From positions 22,228 to 86,227 of the IMG/VR virus record IMGVR_UViG_3300032046_000013: a stretch of DNA of 64,000 bases, one strand, 5' to 3'. How positions within the stretch are numbered: position 1 is the stretch's first letter; each line of letters begins with the position of its first letter. The translations under genes were made by a program, and so were the position numbers. The DNA is from a virus. The notes beneath the pieces were generated by a model that worked only from the letters and a program-made list of their open reading frames with translations, was not told the DNA's origin and made no database searches. Shown here in pieces: positions 38,317 through 47,663 of the stretch.

Positions 38317-38688
38317 TTATATGCCGATCAGCCGTTCATGCTCCGGCTTTTCCAGATAATGCCGGATCGCCGAGATCGAGGTCCGAGCCAGTTCGATAGC
38401 TCCTTCGTAGGTGGCGTGATCTATCTGATCGCCACTCAGCAAGTGCGGCAACTTCATGTTGATCTGCCACTCCTGAGTTCGGATACACGCCTGAAGCCAT
38501 TCCTCGAACTCGGATTTCAGGCCGACTCGATTCTGCTGAGCCGCTTGCAAAAACATTTCGTAGAGGTCCACGATATGCTGTTCGTCGTCCCAGTCGTCTG
38601 GCCGCAGTTTGCCCGCGAATAGAGTTCGCTTCTCCGCAGGCAGGCCCATGAAGGCCCGGATTTCATCGGGCGAGACTAGACTGACCAT
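38317..38688 (-). CDS. hypothetical protein
   Basis: GGAGGT RBS before ATG 38688 (MVSLVSPDE). Confidence 0.55.
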   Translation of the reverse strand: MVSLVSPDEIRAFMGLPAEKRTLFAGKLRPDDWDDEQHIVDLYEMFLQAAQQNRVGLKSEFEEWLQACIRTQEWQINMKLPHLLSGDQIDHATYEGAIELARTSISAIRHYLEKPEHERLIGI

Positions 38689-38997
38689 CGGCTTTTTACC
38701 TCCGAACGAAGTGTCCCGACTCGATCTGTGATACGCTCCCCCGCATGAATGCGGGGGCATCTCGGATCAGACATGGGCCTCACCCGATACGCTTGTCGGT
38801 TCTACGATCCGGCTTACTTTTCTGTAACGAAAAGCAGGGGCCGTGATCTCCCCGACCGTCACTTCGGGCGTAACCCGCCCTAGTTCGAGAATGATTCATC
38901 GAGGTCTGCCTGGGCTTCCCTTGGATACACTGGGGCAAATTTCATTGCCTCATCGTAGTCATGGTCATTTATCAGCCGTTTTTCTGTCGTTTCCATC

Positions 38998-39570
38998 TCA
39001 CCCTTCTCCTTTGATCGTCACATGCGTGATTCCCGGACTCGGCTTCGCTACTTCCGATTCCGGGGGCCTGAGCAATATCCGAAAAGCCGGGACCTGAATC
39101 AATGCGCTTTGAATGTCCGTAGGCAATTCATCCCATTGGTCTAGCAACAATTCACGGCTCGGAACTTCACCGAAAATCGATTGCAGAATCCCGACCCGTT
39201 TTTCGATAATCATCTGATCCCATTGCTCTTGCGCTCGGGTTTCTATCGAGGAAATGTGCGCGGTTTTACCGTAACTCAACATCGTCGCCCTCTGGTCCCC
39301 CATGCCCGGAGACTTCTCTTTTCCAGGCACGGGAAATGACAGTAGGTAATCTATGCGTTTCAAATACTGATCAACTGCGATGCAGGAGTTCACGATAGAC
39401 ACCACAGAGACTGCCATCGCCCGTTGGAGTTGGGATAACTGAATATCCTGCTCCCGGTCTGAGGGTAGCAGATGTCGGTTCTCCACGGTCTGCCGCAGAC
39501 GAATCGCCGCATTGCGGATGTCCGCCACGGCTTGGTCGATCTCACTGCGCTTATTTATCTGATCAGCCAT
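38998..39570 (-). CDS. hypothetical protein with K-x-A/S linkers
   Basis: Has INKRSE and GKTAH, and is coupled to the upstream gene. Confidence 0.55.
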   Translation of the reverse strand: MADQINKRSEIDQAVADIRNAAIRLRQTVENRHLLPSDREQDIQLSQLQRAMAVSVVSIVNSCIAVDQYLKRIDYLLSFPVPGKEKSPGMGDQRATMLSYGKTAHISSIETRAQEQWDQMIIEKRVGILQSIFGEVPSRELLLDQWDELPTDIQSALIQVPAFRILLRPPESEVAKPSPGITHVTIKGEG

Positions 39571-41597
39571 CAGAATCCATACTGGGACATCGAAGGCCCC
39601 TTGCTCACATTCTCATCCGACGGCTGGATGCCCCGCCGCACGGGTTCGCCCACTTCCAACCCCATCCCGAGTTCCTGCCGTAGGTCATCATCAGTCTGAA
39701 CGGGCAATCCCTGGGATTCCGCCTGTTCGACTAACTGATCAACCTCGGACTTCAGTTGGGAAATCTCTTCGGTCAATGAATCCCTGTGCGTTCGCCATTC
39801 CATCACCCGCTCTTTTAATGTATCCATCCGATCCGGCGTCTGGATCACTTGGGGCGTGACCGGGGCCACCATCTGGGTCAATTGATCCAGAGGCACCAGA
39901 TCGAAACTCAGGGGGCCTTCCACGACCTGAAATTCCATGCCGTCGCATCCGTCCAGACCGTAACCCTGCTTGGCGCGGAAGGCGAATATCCCGGGTTCCG
40001 TTTCCTCAAAATGTCCGTCTCGAATGCTTCCCATTTTGGACAGGGGGATGCGGTTGGGCAACCGAGCAATAGAGGCCCGGAATTGCTCGTCCGTAATTCG
40101 AGTATCCTCCAGGCCAGCGGTTTTCGCTGTGGCGGGTATTCGGCGCGAGAGCATTCCCTTGTAAAATTCCCGATCTTCCGGGGATGAGTAATAGTAGTTC
40201 ACCACCTCATCCGGGTCCAGGCCCTGATCTCGCGCCCAGTCCAGAATCTGATCTTCATCCCGCCCCTGGATACTGAATTGATCGATCTGGTCTTTCACTT
40301 CTTCGCTCAGGCGTGAGGTCTTGGCCACGGGTGTCGCGGACTTCCACTCTCCGGTCTCCGGGGTGAACCGATACCGCGAGATTTCCCGGTCTCCGTTCGG
40401 ACCAGAGAACACGGCAATCAGATAGGTCTGCTGGGGCGCAAACTGTCCATGCTGACGAGCCGCGAGCCGAGCCTGGGCTACGGATGGGAACTGGCCTAGG
40501 TCTTCCCCCTCGGGGGTTCGCACGGACACGACTTGGCGGAGTCTCCGCGAGGTCTTGGGCTTCTCATCCAGCGGCTTATGGCACTTCGGACACTCCTGCT
40601 TATCCGGGTCCAAAATCTGGAAATGACAATGCGGACATTCCCGAGGGTCCGGTTCGTTCACCGTATCGGCGTCCGCCGATGCCTGCTTTTTCCACCTGGG
40701 TTCATCCTCGACGTTCGCCGCAAGGTAGCCCATAACATCTTCCTTGAATTCCGAGGCCAGTTCGTGCACCGCTTCCTGGAGGCTCAGCTTGTCCGCACTC
40801 ACCTCGTTCACTTGCTCTCTGAGTGCTCGCACCCGATCCAGCATTTCCTGGTGCCCCGAACTCTTGGCCAGGGCCTCTTGCATGTCCAGCAGGTTCATGC
40901 CCAAGTCCCGGAGGTCCTGTTCGAGGCCCTGGCGTTCGGCCCCGACTTCCTCGATTTCCGAAGCAATGGTTCCGAATGGATCATCTTCACGAAAGGCCGC
41001 GAGAGTATCGCCTTCCTCAAGTCTCCACACTTCTCCGGCAGGATCGGGCCATTGATCGAATCGCTGGATTGCCCCGGACTTGGGTTTGATCTTCGCTTGT
41101 TTGTTCATCGCACCTTCATTCCGTTGGGCCTGTTTCATTACTGACCGGACATAGCCTAACTGGAATGGGGACACTTCGCCAGTTCTTTCATCTTGCAGAT
41201 CAATATCCGTCGCAAAAGGATTCCCAGAAGGCTGATATGGTTTCGATACCACCACATAAACATCTTCGCCATCGATCAATTTATCGCCGACACCAGGCGT
41301 TTCCATGAGTCCTTCCCAGTCGTCATCTTCATCTGGCTGTTCATTCACATTCGCACCTTCATTAGATTCATTTCTCATCGCAGTTTTCCTTCCCGTCGTA
41401 GCCGAATCATCGCGTTCCTGGACAATGGCCTGAGTGCCGATATTTGTCAAAAGGTTTTGCCTTGCCACCGCTTCTTCCTCAGTCTTGAACATCCCGTCCA
41501 ACATCCAGGAGTTAGCCACAAATTTCATCACCCGGAAACGTAGCATCGGACGATAGTCGATATCTCTCAATAGCCGATCAGCCGTGCGTGGCCTCAC
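39570..41597 (-). CDS. 675-aa mosaic protein, putative internal head polyprotein
   Basis: Linkers PRTAD, GRKTAM, MKQAQ, MNKQAK, KKQAS, AKTSR and AKTAG. It has a CPHC...CPKC Zn ribbon and coiled coils. Confidence 0.65.
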   Translation of the reverse strand: MRPRTADRLLRDIDYRPMLRFRVMKFVANSWMLDGMFKTEEEAVARQNLLTNIGTQAIVQERDDSATTGRKTAMRNESNEGANVNEQPDEDDDWEGLMETPGVGDKLIDGEDVYVVVSKPYQPSGNPFATDIDLQDERTGEVSPFQLGYVRSVMKQAQRNEGAMNKQAKIKPKSGAIQRFDQWPDPAGEVWRLEEGDTLAAFREDDPFGTIASEIEEVGAERQGLEQDLRDLGMNLLDMQEALAKSSGHQEMLDRVRALREQVNEVSADKLSLQEAVHELASEFKEDVMGYLAANVEDEPRWKKQASADADTVNEPDPRECPHCHFQILDPDKQECPKCHKPLDEKPKTSRRLRQVVSVRTPEGEDLGQFPSVAQARLAARQHGQFAPQQTYLIAVFSGPNGDREISRYRFTPETGEWKSATPVAKTSRLSEEVKDQIDQFSIQGRDEDQILDWARDQGLDPDEVVNYYYSSPEDREFYKGMLSRRIPATAKTAGLEDTRITDEQFRASIARLPNRIPLSKMGSIRDGHFEETEPGIFAFRAKQGYGLDGCDGMEFQVVEGPLSFDLVPLDQLTQMVAPVTPQVIQTPDRMDTLKERVMEWRTHRDSLTEEISQLKSEVDQLVEQAESQGLPVQTDDDLRQELGMGLEVGEPVRRGIQPSDENVSKGPSMSQYGF

Positions 41598-43273
41598 CTT
41601 CCGCTCCTTCGTGTAACCGCTGGCACGGGCATATTCCTATGGCTCCGAGGTCCCGAACTCGCCACAGGTTTGACCGGGGGCTGGTATCCATACCTGGACC
41701 GGATGGTATCCAGGGGATTGGCCCCAGGGATGGCTCCCATTCCCGGAGTCGGCATCAGGCCCCGCATCCGCTGAACCGGAGACTGGACGGTCGCCACGGG
41801 CTGGGCCATCGGCTGGGATTCCAGGCCGACCGCCGATTGTTTGAGCACGAAGTCCAGAAATCCCGCGAGGCATCGGACGAATATCCGATCTAACTGATTG
41901 TCCTCGGTGAGGAACTTCAGGTCCCGGATCAACTGCTCGACGCGGGGAAACCGGATGGCGGCCTTCCTGATCTGCTGGATCAGCACCTGGATGGATTTCC
42001 GACCTACTGTAGTGGACCGAATTAGCTGGCCCCGCGCCCGCTTCCTCGCGGCCAAGGCTGAGGTAAAACGCTTGCCCGTGGCCTTGATGAAGTCCAGGAT
42101 TTCCAGCGGCACTGATTCGTTGAGAGAGAATGCGAAAACCTCTACTTGGTCCGTGAGACCTGATAGGAATTGTATCACGGATTCACATCCAAAGTCAAGA
42201 TAAGATTGGGCCTCCCAGACGTAGTAGCCATCGACCATCACCAACTGGGCTTCCCGTGCATACCGGCCCACCGTCACGACCAGCAAGTCCTCCACCGCAT
42301 CGATCCGAATACCGAACCGCGCATTCTTAGGCATCAGATCGGTTATGCCGTGGAATACGGGAACCGGCGTTCCCTCGACCTCGACATATTCAACGGCAAA
42401 TAACTGGGTGTCCAGGATCACGGGTTCAATCTCCGTCTCTTTGAGGCTCATGCCGGTAATCGAGAGGATGCACCGGGAAACGCACCCAGCCACGGCATCG
42501 CTCGTATCCTTCGATCCACCACGACCCGAGGGATGATCGTATTTCTGGCCCCGGAATAACCGGAGTTGGGTCATTTCCTGGATGAATTCCGCGTTGAATG
42601 GCCAATCGACCCGTCGGGAAAATAGGCCAGAGATCAAGGTATCATAAGGGCCGGTTCCCCGATCCACCGAATACTGGACAACATCTATACCTATCTGTCC
42701 CAGTTCCTCGGCCAGCATCAGGTTCTGCCATCCATCGGTCGATACCCGGAGTTTGAATCCTCGATTATGGAGTTCCAGCACCGTGTTCTTGACTCGGGTG
42801 AAACTCAGGTCCCAATTGCGATCCGGCTTCCACGTGCGGATAAAATCCACCAAGACTTTGCCATCTTCTGGCACCCAATGGCACATAGACCAGCCCGTGT
42901 TGTCTCGGGATTTCGACAGGTCAATATGCAGGTAGTATTCATATCGCGGATCGCCCTTGAACCAGTCGAAGATCGCGCCCTCGGCGTCGAATGGCGAGAC
43001 TCGATGCGTGGCCAAGACCCGCAAGGTCTCTTCCGACGGAATGGCCTTCTGCATCGCCTGGGGAGGAATCGCCCCGAAGTCCCGCCATGCCAATGTCGGA
43101 TTTTCCTCCAGAACCTCGATGAATGATTCGTAGGGATTTTTCGGATTCAAAAACCATGCAGAAGCATGGATCGCCAGCTTAGACCCGTAACGCCAAGCTT
43201 CGAGCACCCCGGGTATCGGCTGAATCGGGAGTTCGGCCATCGGATTTTCTATAATTTCCGATTCGGGCATCAT
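41594..43273 (-). CDS. terL: terminase large subunit, C-terminal nuclease part (split gene)
   Basis: HASAWFLNP...WRDFGA linker and RNase H motifs YLHIDLSKSRDNTG, VSTDGWQ and KYDHP...SKDTSDAVAG. It has no Walker motifs. Confidence 0.8.
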   Translation of the reverse strand: MMPESEIIENPMAELPIQPIPGVLEAWRYGSKLAIHASAWFLNPKNPYESFIEVLEENPTLAWRDFGAIPPQAMQKAIPSEETLRVLATHRVSPFDAEGAIFDWFKGDPRYEYYLHIDLSKSRDNTGWSMCHWVPEDGKVLVDFIRTWKPDRNWDLSFTRVKNTVLELHNRGFKLRVSTDGWQNLMLAEELGQIGIDVVQYSVDRGTGPYDTLISGLFSRRVDWPFNAEFIQEMTQLRLFRGQKYDHPSGRGGSKDTSDAVAGCVSRCILSITGMSLKETEIEPVILDTQLFAVEYVEVEGTPVPVFHGITDLMPKNARFGIRIDAVEDLLVVTVGRYAREAQLVMVDGYYVWEAQSYLDFGCESVIQFLSGLTDQVEVFAFSLNESVPLEILDFIKATGKRFTSALAARKRARGQLIRSTTVGRKSIQVLIQQIRKAAIRFPRVEQLIRDLKFLTEDNQLDRIFVRCLAGFLDFVLKQSAVGLESQPMAQPVATVQSPVQRMRGLMPTPGMGAIPGANPLDTIRSRYGYQPPVKPVASSGPRSHRNMPVPAVTRRSGR

Positions 43274-44535
43274 TTTCCAATCGCGGGCCAGGCCGGGTGA
43301 GGAGCCTGACCCGCTTCCTGCGCGGAGGACTGAGCGAGCGCGGGAACTTCATGAGCATGAGCATCCAGCCAGAAGCCTCCACATGCGGGCCTAATTCGCA
43401 CCCCCCGCACCTCAAACACACGACGATTATGGGATACTTTACCCGAACCTCTACAGTCAGGGCATTGAACGAAATGCCAACCGTCATCGGACGGAGATTC
43501 TTTTTCAGCCACTTTCCACAGAGCGATCAGGCGCGGATCGGTCTCGACCGGGCCATGCAATCCCCTTTCCTTGTTCCTGATCTTGACTGGCACCATGCCC
43601 GTGCCCTCGCATTGACCAGGACAGACTGTCGCTGGATCAGGATAGGGAATCCCCAGAGCTTGGTAGCGGTCCGTGAATTCCAACCTGATCGGCTCCTGGG
43701 CCAGTTCCCGATTCAATGCCTGAGCGAGAACTCGGGCCTCGACCTGAAGACTTGGAAGCCACAAGGGCGCGATCCGCAAAGTGCTACCTTTCCACATCGG
43801 AGTCCGGCGGATCACCGAGGCCAGAGCCGTTGTCGGTTCATTCAAGCCGCGCCGCAACTCATACACATGGTTGGCTGTGGCAAAGTCGTCAAATAGCCCG
43901 GTGAATATGTGGCCACCCGATGGTTCCCACGAAAAGTATTGCCGCTTGATACCTCTCGAAGACAGAGTTAACTGAACTTGATGAAGTGTCGTATCGTCTT
44001 GTCTGGGTGATTGAATTCCTACTTCATTTTCCAATACCATTAACCGAATCCAGCCAGCCTTGATTGCTTCTGCGATACCCGGATACGGCTCGCCCTTGGC
44101 AGGCTTAATTCCCATCCGCTTGCCTTTCCATTCAAGCCAAGATTCGTGAGTGCCTTCTGCATCATAGACATTACCCTGGGGATCAAGCCACAGGCTTTGC
44201 CATGAGGATCGCGCCGATGCCTTGGTATTCTGCATCTGCGACACCTGCTGTTGAAGCGCGTTCGACATCTGCTGGAGCACGTTCACCTGTTGTTGGTTCG
44301 CCTGTGGTGCTTGGGGGGTTTGGGGCTTCTGTTGCGTATCGATCTTCGTTGAAAGATCGTTCACGGATTGCTGGAGATTCTGCAACTGCTGAATCGTCTG
44401 GTCAGGACTCCCAGGGGCAGGGGTTGGAGGCGGAGGTGTCATCGAAGGCGGTTGGGGAGGATTCGTCGCGTCCACGGCCTCGACCTGGATCAAGTCCGTT
44501 CGAGCAATCTGACGTAGCAAATTATCCGCAATCAT
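43270..44535 (-). CDS. mosaic protein (Gln/Pro-rich, WLxPxG..H..GWIR domain, DnaJ-type Zn finger)
   Basis: Start MIADNLL overlaps the upstream stop. It contains LWLDPQG...THESW...AGWIRL and CPGQCEGTG...CPDCRGSG. Confidence 0.55.
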   Translation of the reverse strand: MIADNLLRQIARTDLIQVEAVDATNPPQPPSMTPPPPTPAPGSPDQTIQQLQNLQQSVNDLSTKIDTQQKPQTPQAPQANQQQVNVLQQMSNALQQQVSQMQNTKASARSSWQSLWLDPQGNVYDAEGTHESWLEWKGKRMGIKPAKGEPYPGIAEAIKAGWIRLMVLENEVGIQSPRQDDTTLHQVQLTLSSRGIKRQYFSWEPSGGHIFTGLFDDFATANHVYELRRGLNEPTTALASVIRRTPMWKGSTLRIAPLWLPSLQVEARVLAQALNRELAQEPIRLEFTDRYQALGIPYPDPATVCPGQCEGTGMVPVKIRNKERGLHGPVETDPRLIALWKVAEKESPSDDGWHFVQCPDCRGSGKVSHNRRVFEVRGVRIRPACGGFWLDAHAHEVPALAQSSAQEAGQAPHPAWPAIGK

Positions 44536-44813
44536 TAGAAGCCCCGGAATTCCACGGGTTCCCATGCGGGCCACACAATTGTCCTTTGCGGCACCAAATA
44601 AATTGGAGTCTGATAGGGCTGGTATCTCTGCATGATCTTCTGGTATTCCCGCTCGATCTCCAGTAGTCTCTGATGCTCGGCTTGTGTGATCTGCACAGTC
44701 GGCACACTCGTGAAGTGGTAGTCCAGTCGAGAATGACACCGATAGCAGAAGCCATTGCTGCTCTCCACCACAGAGCCGCACTCCATGCACCGTCCAGCGT
44801 TATCGACCATCAA
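44535..44813 (-). CDS. small Zn-ribbon protein
   Basis: CMECG...CYRC motif, coupled to both neighbours. Confidence 0.45.
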   Translation of the reverse strand: MMVDNAGRCMECGSVVESSNGFCYRCHSRLDYHFTSVPTVQITQAEHQRLLEIEREYQKIMQRYQPYQTPIYLVPQRTIVWPAWEPVEFRGF

Positions 44814-45079
44814 TCCTGCTCCGGTTCTTCTTCGGCCATTCGTCGCGTGTGCGGGAACTCGTCCTCGGGTTCCTCATCCTGAAGTCCGCCACCGCCCTGT
44901 CCAGCCGGAGCACCGACGAGAATATCCATAATGTCATCGGCCTTGTGCATCATGTCTTCGGCTAGGTCCAAGTCCTCATCGATGATGTAATACGCATCGT
45001 CAATCAGGGCTTGCACTTCTTCCGCGTTCTGCTGTTTAATCGCTTCCTGCATGGTCATCGTTGGTCGTTTGCTTGGCAT
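44810..45079 (-). CDS. small acidic protein
   Basis: AAGGAAAGG RBS and ATG. Confidence 0.5.
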   Translation of the reverse strand: MPSKRPTMTMQEAIKQQNAEEVQALIDDAYYIIDEDLDLAEDMMHKADDIMDILVGAPAGQGGGGLQDEEPEDEFPHTRRMAEEEPEQD

Positions 45080-45090
45080 TGCCTTTCCTT

Positions 45091-45999
45091 TCAGTGAACC
45101 GTTAAGGGCGACATATCGGAATCGCTGTCCCCGCGAAAAATTTTCACCGCTTGGCCCCGGGTCTTGATTTCGTTGAGGTTCCGCACTAGAAAATCCGATT
45201 CGTCTCTCGGGCTGGAAATCGCAATGAACTTATAATCCAGGGGAAATCGCGTAATCTGCGAAGCCCGGATACCCTGGGCGATTTCCTGCGCCACGTCATG
45301 ATCCGGGGTCTCATCAAAGTGCGAGGCTTCATCCACGCATCCGTAAAATATGTTGAAACCGTAAAACGCTTGGTATCCCGAATGACCGCAGACTGCCAAA
45401 ACATCGTTCGGAAATCTGATGTCCCGCGTATTGATCTGAGCATTGGCGAAGCACGCGGAGTATTTGATCATGGATTTCAATTCCTGGAAGATCACGCCCT
45501 GAGCTTCGGTGGCGGAGATGCTCATGTTCAACATGAGGATGAATACCCCGGGAGCCGTATGATAAATTTCCCGGACGGCTGGATAAGAGTTGAGGATAAA
45601 GGCCCCACGAGACAGGAGACCCGAACAAATATGGGATTTGCCCACGCCCTTGCCCGCGCAGATATAGACTTCCCTGACCGTCGGATCATCCGCCGCCATC
45701 ATGATGTCCATAATCCGGGGATAGGTCTCTCTCCGATTCATGTATTTCCGGCTTAACATGAACTCATCCATCGGGGGAATCCGTCTCGCTGGTTCAAAAT
45801 TGCGCAGGCTGATGTTCCGCAGGTCCGCAGAAATCTCCAGTGTCTCCCAGGCTTTGCGCTGGAGCCGTTTTACGATGTCGGTCTGGCCTTGGGCGATCAA
45901 TTCCAGAACCTCCAGTAATTGCCGACGATGACTTTCAGACAAAGAACCCGAGGCGAGAATCCGCTGCAGTTTCTCCATCTCTTTCCCCGCCTCGGTCAC
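45091..45999 (-). CDS. terL: terminase large subunit, N-terminal ATPase part (split gene)
   Basis: Walker A AGKGVGKS, NMSISATEAQGVIF, Walker B CVDEASHF and motif III ISSP. It directly follows TerS and ends after 302 aa. Confidence 0.8.
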   Translation of the reverse strand: MTEAGKEMEKLQRILASGSLSESHRRQLLEVLELIAQGQTDIVKRLQRKAWETLEISADLRNISLRNFEPARRIPPMDEFMLSRKYMNRRETYPRIMDIMMAADDPTVREVYICAGKGVGKSHICSGLLSRGAFILNSYPAVREIYHTAPGVFILMLNMSISATEAQGVIFQELKSMIKYSACFANAQINTRDIRFPNDVLAVCGHSGYQAFYGFNIFYGCVDEASHFDETPDHDVAQEIAQGIRASQITRFPLDYKFIAISSPRDESDFLVRNLNEIKTRGQAVKIFRGDSDSDMSPLTVH

Positions 46000-46538
46000 C
46001 GATCACCCCCAAATTCATCCAACAGGGCCTGGGCCTGCTCGGGAGTCAACTTCGATAGGTCTTCAAGCAACCCGCGCCCCGAGGTCTCTGCTGGAAGCTC
46101 CGGGGCTTCTTCTGGCGGTTGGATAGCTGGGGACAAGAACCTCAGACCCCGGAGAACCTCAATCGCGGCTTTGAGCCGGATCGCCGCCTTGCTGTTTCCC
46201 AGTTCCGCAAGAATAACTTGCACCGCCTTGGTGGCCCCGGCCAGTAACTGATCGTGAACCGCGAGCCGGACTTCATACCGCAATCGTTGTAATTCGATCT
46301 CAAACGCTGGCTCAGCCATCCAAACATACAGGGTCTGCCGGTGAACCTGGATTTCCTTCGCAGTCGCGGTGAGGCTCTGGCCCGAGGCCAATAAATAGGC
46401 AGCTCTTTCCTGCCGGGAATTCAAAAGTGTCAGATTGTGTCCACAATTGTTTGTTTGGTTTTCTGCCAGAATTTCACCCTGAACAGGACTTTCTTGTATG
46501 TTTTCCGTGGGTTGAGTTGTGTTTTGACCTTCAGGCAT
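45996..46538 (-). CDS. terS: terminase small subunit (HTH)
   Basis: LNSRQERAAYLLASG...TAKEIQVHRQTLYVW..PAF and IRLKAAIEVL, overlapping the TerL-N start. Confidence 0.7.
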   Translation of the reverse strand: MPEGQNTTQPTENIQESPVQGEILAENQTNNCGHNLTLLNSRQERAAYLLASGQSLTATAKEIQVHRQTLYVWMAEPAFEIELQRLRYEVRLAVHDQLLAGATKAVQVILAELGNSKAAIRLKAAIEVLRGLRFLSPAIQPPEEAPELPAETSGRGLLEDLSKLTPEQAQALLDEFGGDR

Positions 46539-46572
46539 GGAAATCGGACAGGTAAAATCCTACCTATCCAAT

Positions 46573-46621
46573 AAGAGATTCGTTTTGACGAATCAAATTT
46601 GTTTCATTGAGGTTGAAAATC
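46573..46621 (-). promoter_or_regulatory. putative late promoter/activator site, copy 2
   Basis: Near-identical to 15996-16044, about 35 nt upstream of terS. Confidence 0.7.
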
Positions 46622-47195
46622 AGAGAAGTTTTTTGGGAATCATCCTTTGAAGTATGATCTGTTCGATCCGGTTCCGAAGTTCCATGAGGTCCTCAGTCGT
46701 AGCCTCGGGGTTGACAATGAACACATGTGGAGTTTTAACCTCCACCGGCAACAACTTCTTCGCCTTCGGCTCCCGGACCTTCTTCTCCGGGACCAAGGAG
46801 CATTGATTACAGACCACCTTACCATGATTCCGGCGGATGATCTGGCATTCCTTGCCCCCGGGCTTTATCGGCTCCCCTTTCTCCTGGAAATGGGGGCATA
46901 GGTCAGCCGCCAGGGCCTTCCCCGAACCCTGGCCGCAGGTTCCGCGATGCTGAGCGATCCAGCGGTTCGCCACCCACTTCCCGCACTTCTCGCACTGGCT
47001 CCGCCTGCCCCGCCTAGTTAATTCTTCCAACGACTGAGTTTCGGATTCCACGATCCCTCCTTTAAGGTGCTCGCAACCCAGGCAGGCCGACCAGTTTTTC
47101 AGGCGTTTGCTCTGGCAGACCTTGGAGTTAAAGACCACCGAGGTTCGATCATCATTGCGACAAAAACGACAGACCTTAGCGTCGATTCCATCCAC
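46620..47195 (-). CDS. multi-Zn-finger protein
   Basis: CRFC, CLGC, CEKC...H..TC and CNQC motifs. It is the last early gene before the late motif. Confidence 0.5.
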   Translation of the reverse strand: MDGIDAKVCRFCRNDDRTSVVFNSKVCQSKRLKNWSACLGCEHLKGGIVESETQSLEELTRRGRRSQCEKCGKWVANRWIAQHRGTCGQGSGKALAADLCPHFQEKGEPIKPGGKECQIIRRNHGKVVCNQCSLVPEKKVREPKAKKLLPVEVKTPHVFIVNPEATTEDLMELRNRIEQIILQRMIPKKLL

Positions 47196-47652
47196 CTTGG
47201 GGGGTCATCCTTTCCGCCTCCCTTTTTTCCCGAATTTGCTTCACCGCCTCTTCCAAATTTTGGAGCGAGAACACGAGACCGCGACAGTAGACCTTGCCTT
47301 CTTCCATGATGTCAAAGGTCTCATGGGGGATGTCCGTCTTGTAGGTCCAGGAGGTTTCGCCCTCGGCCCACACTGCAGTGATCTCCACCGTCTGTTGGAT
47401 CAGATGCCGAAAATACGGACAGTCTTCTTCGGGACATTCATTCTGAATTAACCCGTGCTCATTCAGGTATGCTGTTCCGCCCCTGAAACAGACGAATTCG
47501 TCATAAATCGCACCACGGAATTCTATCAGATCATCCGAGGCTCCATAAACCACGACCAATCCGGCCTCCTTCGCCTGCCCGATTTCCTCCTCGGTCATTT
47601 CCTCCCGATACTCCCGGCCATGAAGTTTCGCTGCCAATTCTTTCGCGTCCAT
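47176..47652 (-). CDS. conserved phage hypothetical protein
   Basis: AKEAGLVVVYGASDDLIEFRGAIYDE...WTYKTDIPHETFDIME..VYCRGLVF is a recurrent phage family pattern. Confidence 0.65.
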   Translation of the reverse strand: MDAKELAAKLHGREYREEMTEEEIGQAKEAGLVVVYGASDDLIEFRGAIYDEFVCFRGGTAYLNEHGLIQNECPEEDCPYFRHLIQQTVEITAVWAEGETSWTYKTDIPHETFDIMEEGKVYCRGLVFSLQNLEEAVKQIREKREAERMTPQGGWNRR

Positions 47653-47663
47653 TGTCGTTCCTT

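Noticed and set aside
43270-45091. Split intein or group I intron joining the terminase halves
   Set aside because: There are no Hint motifs at the end of TerL-N or the start of TerL-C. The gap is filled by ordinary coupled ORFs with no homing endonuclease or evident intron core, although RT-PCR would be needed to exclude splicing fully.
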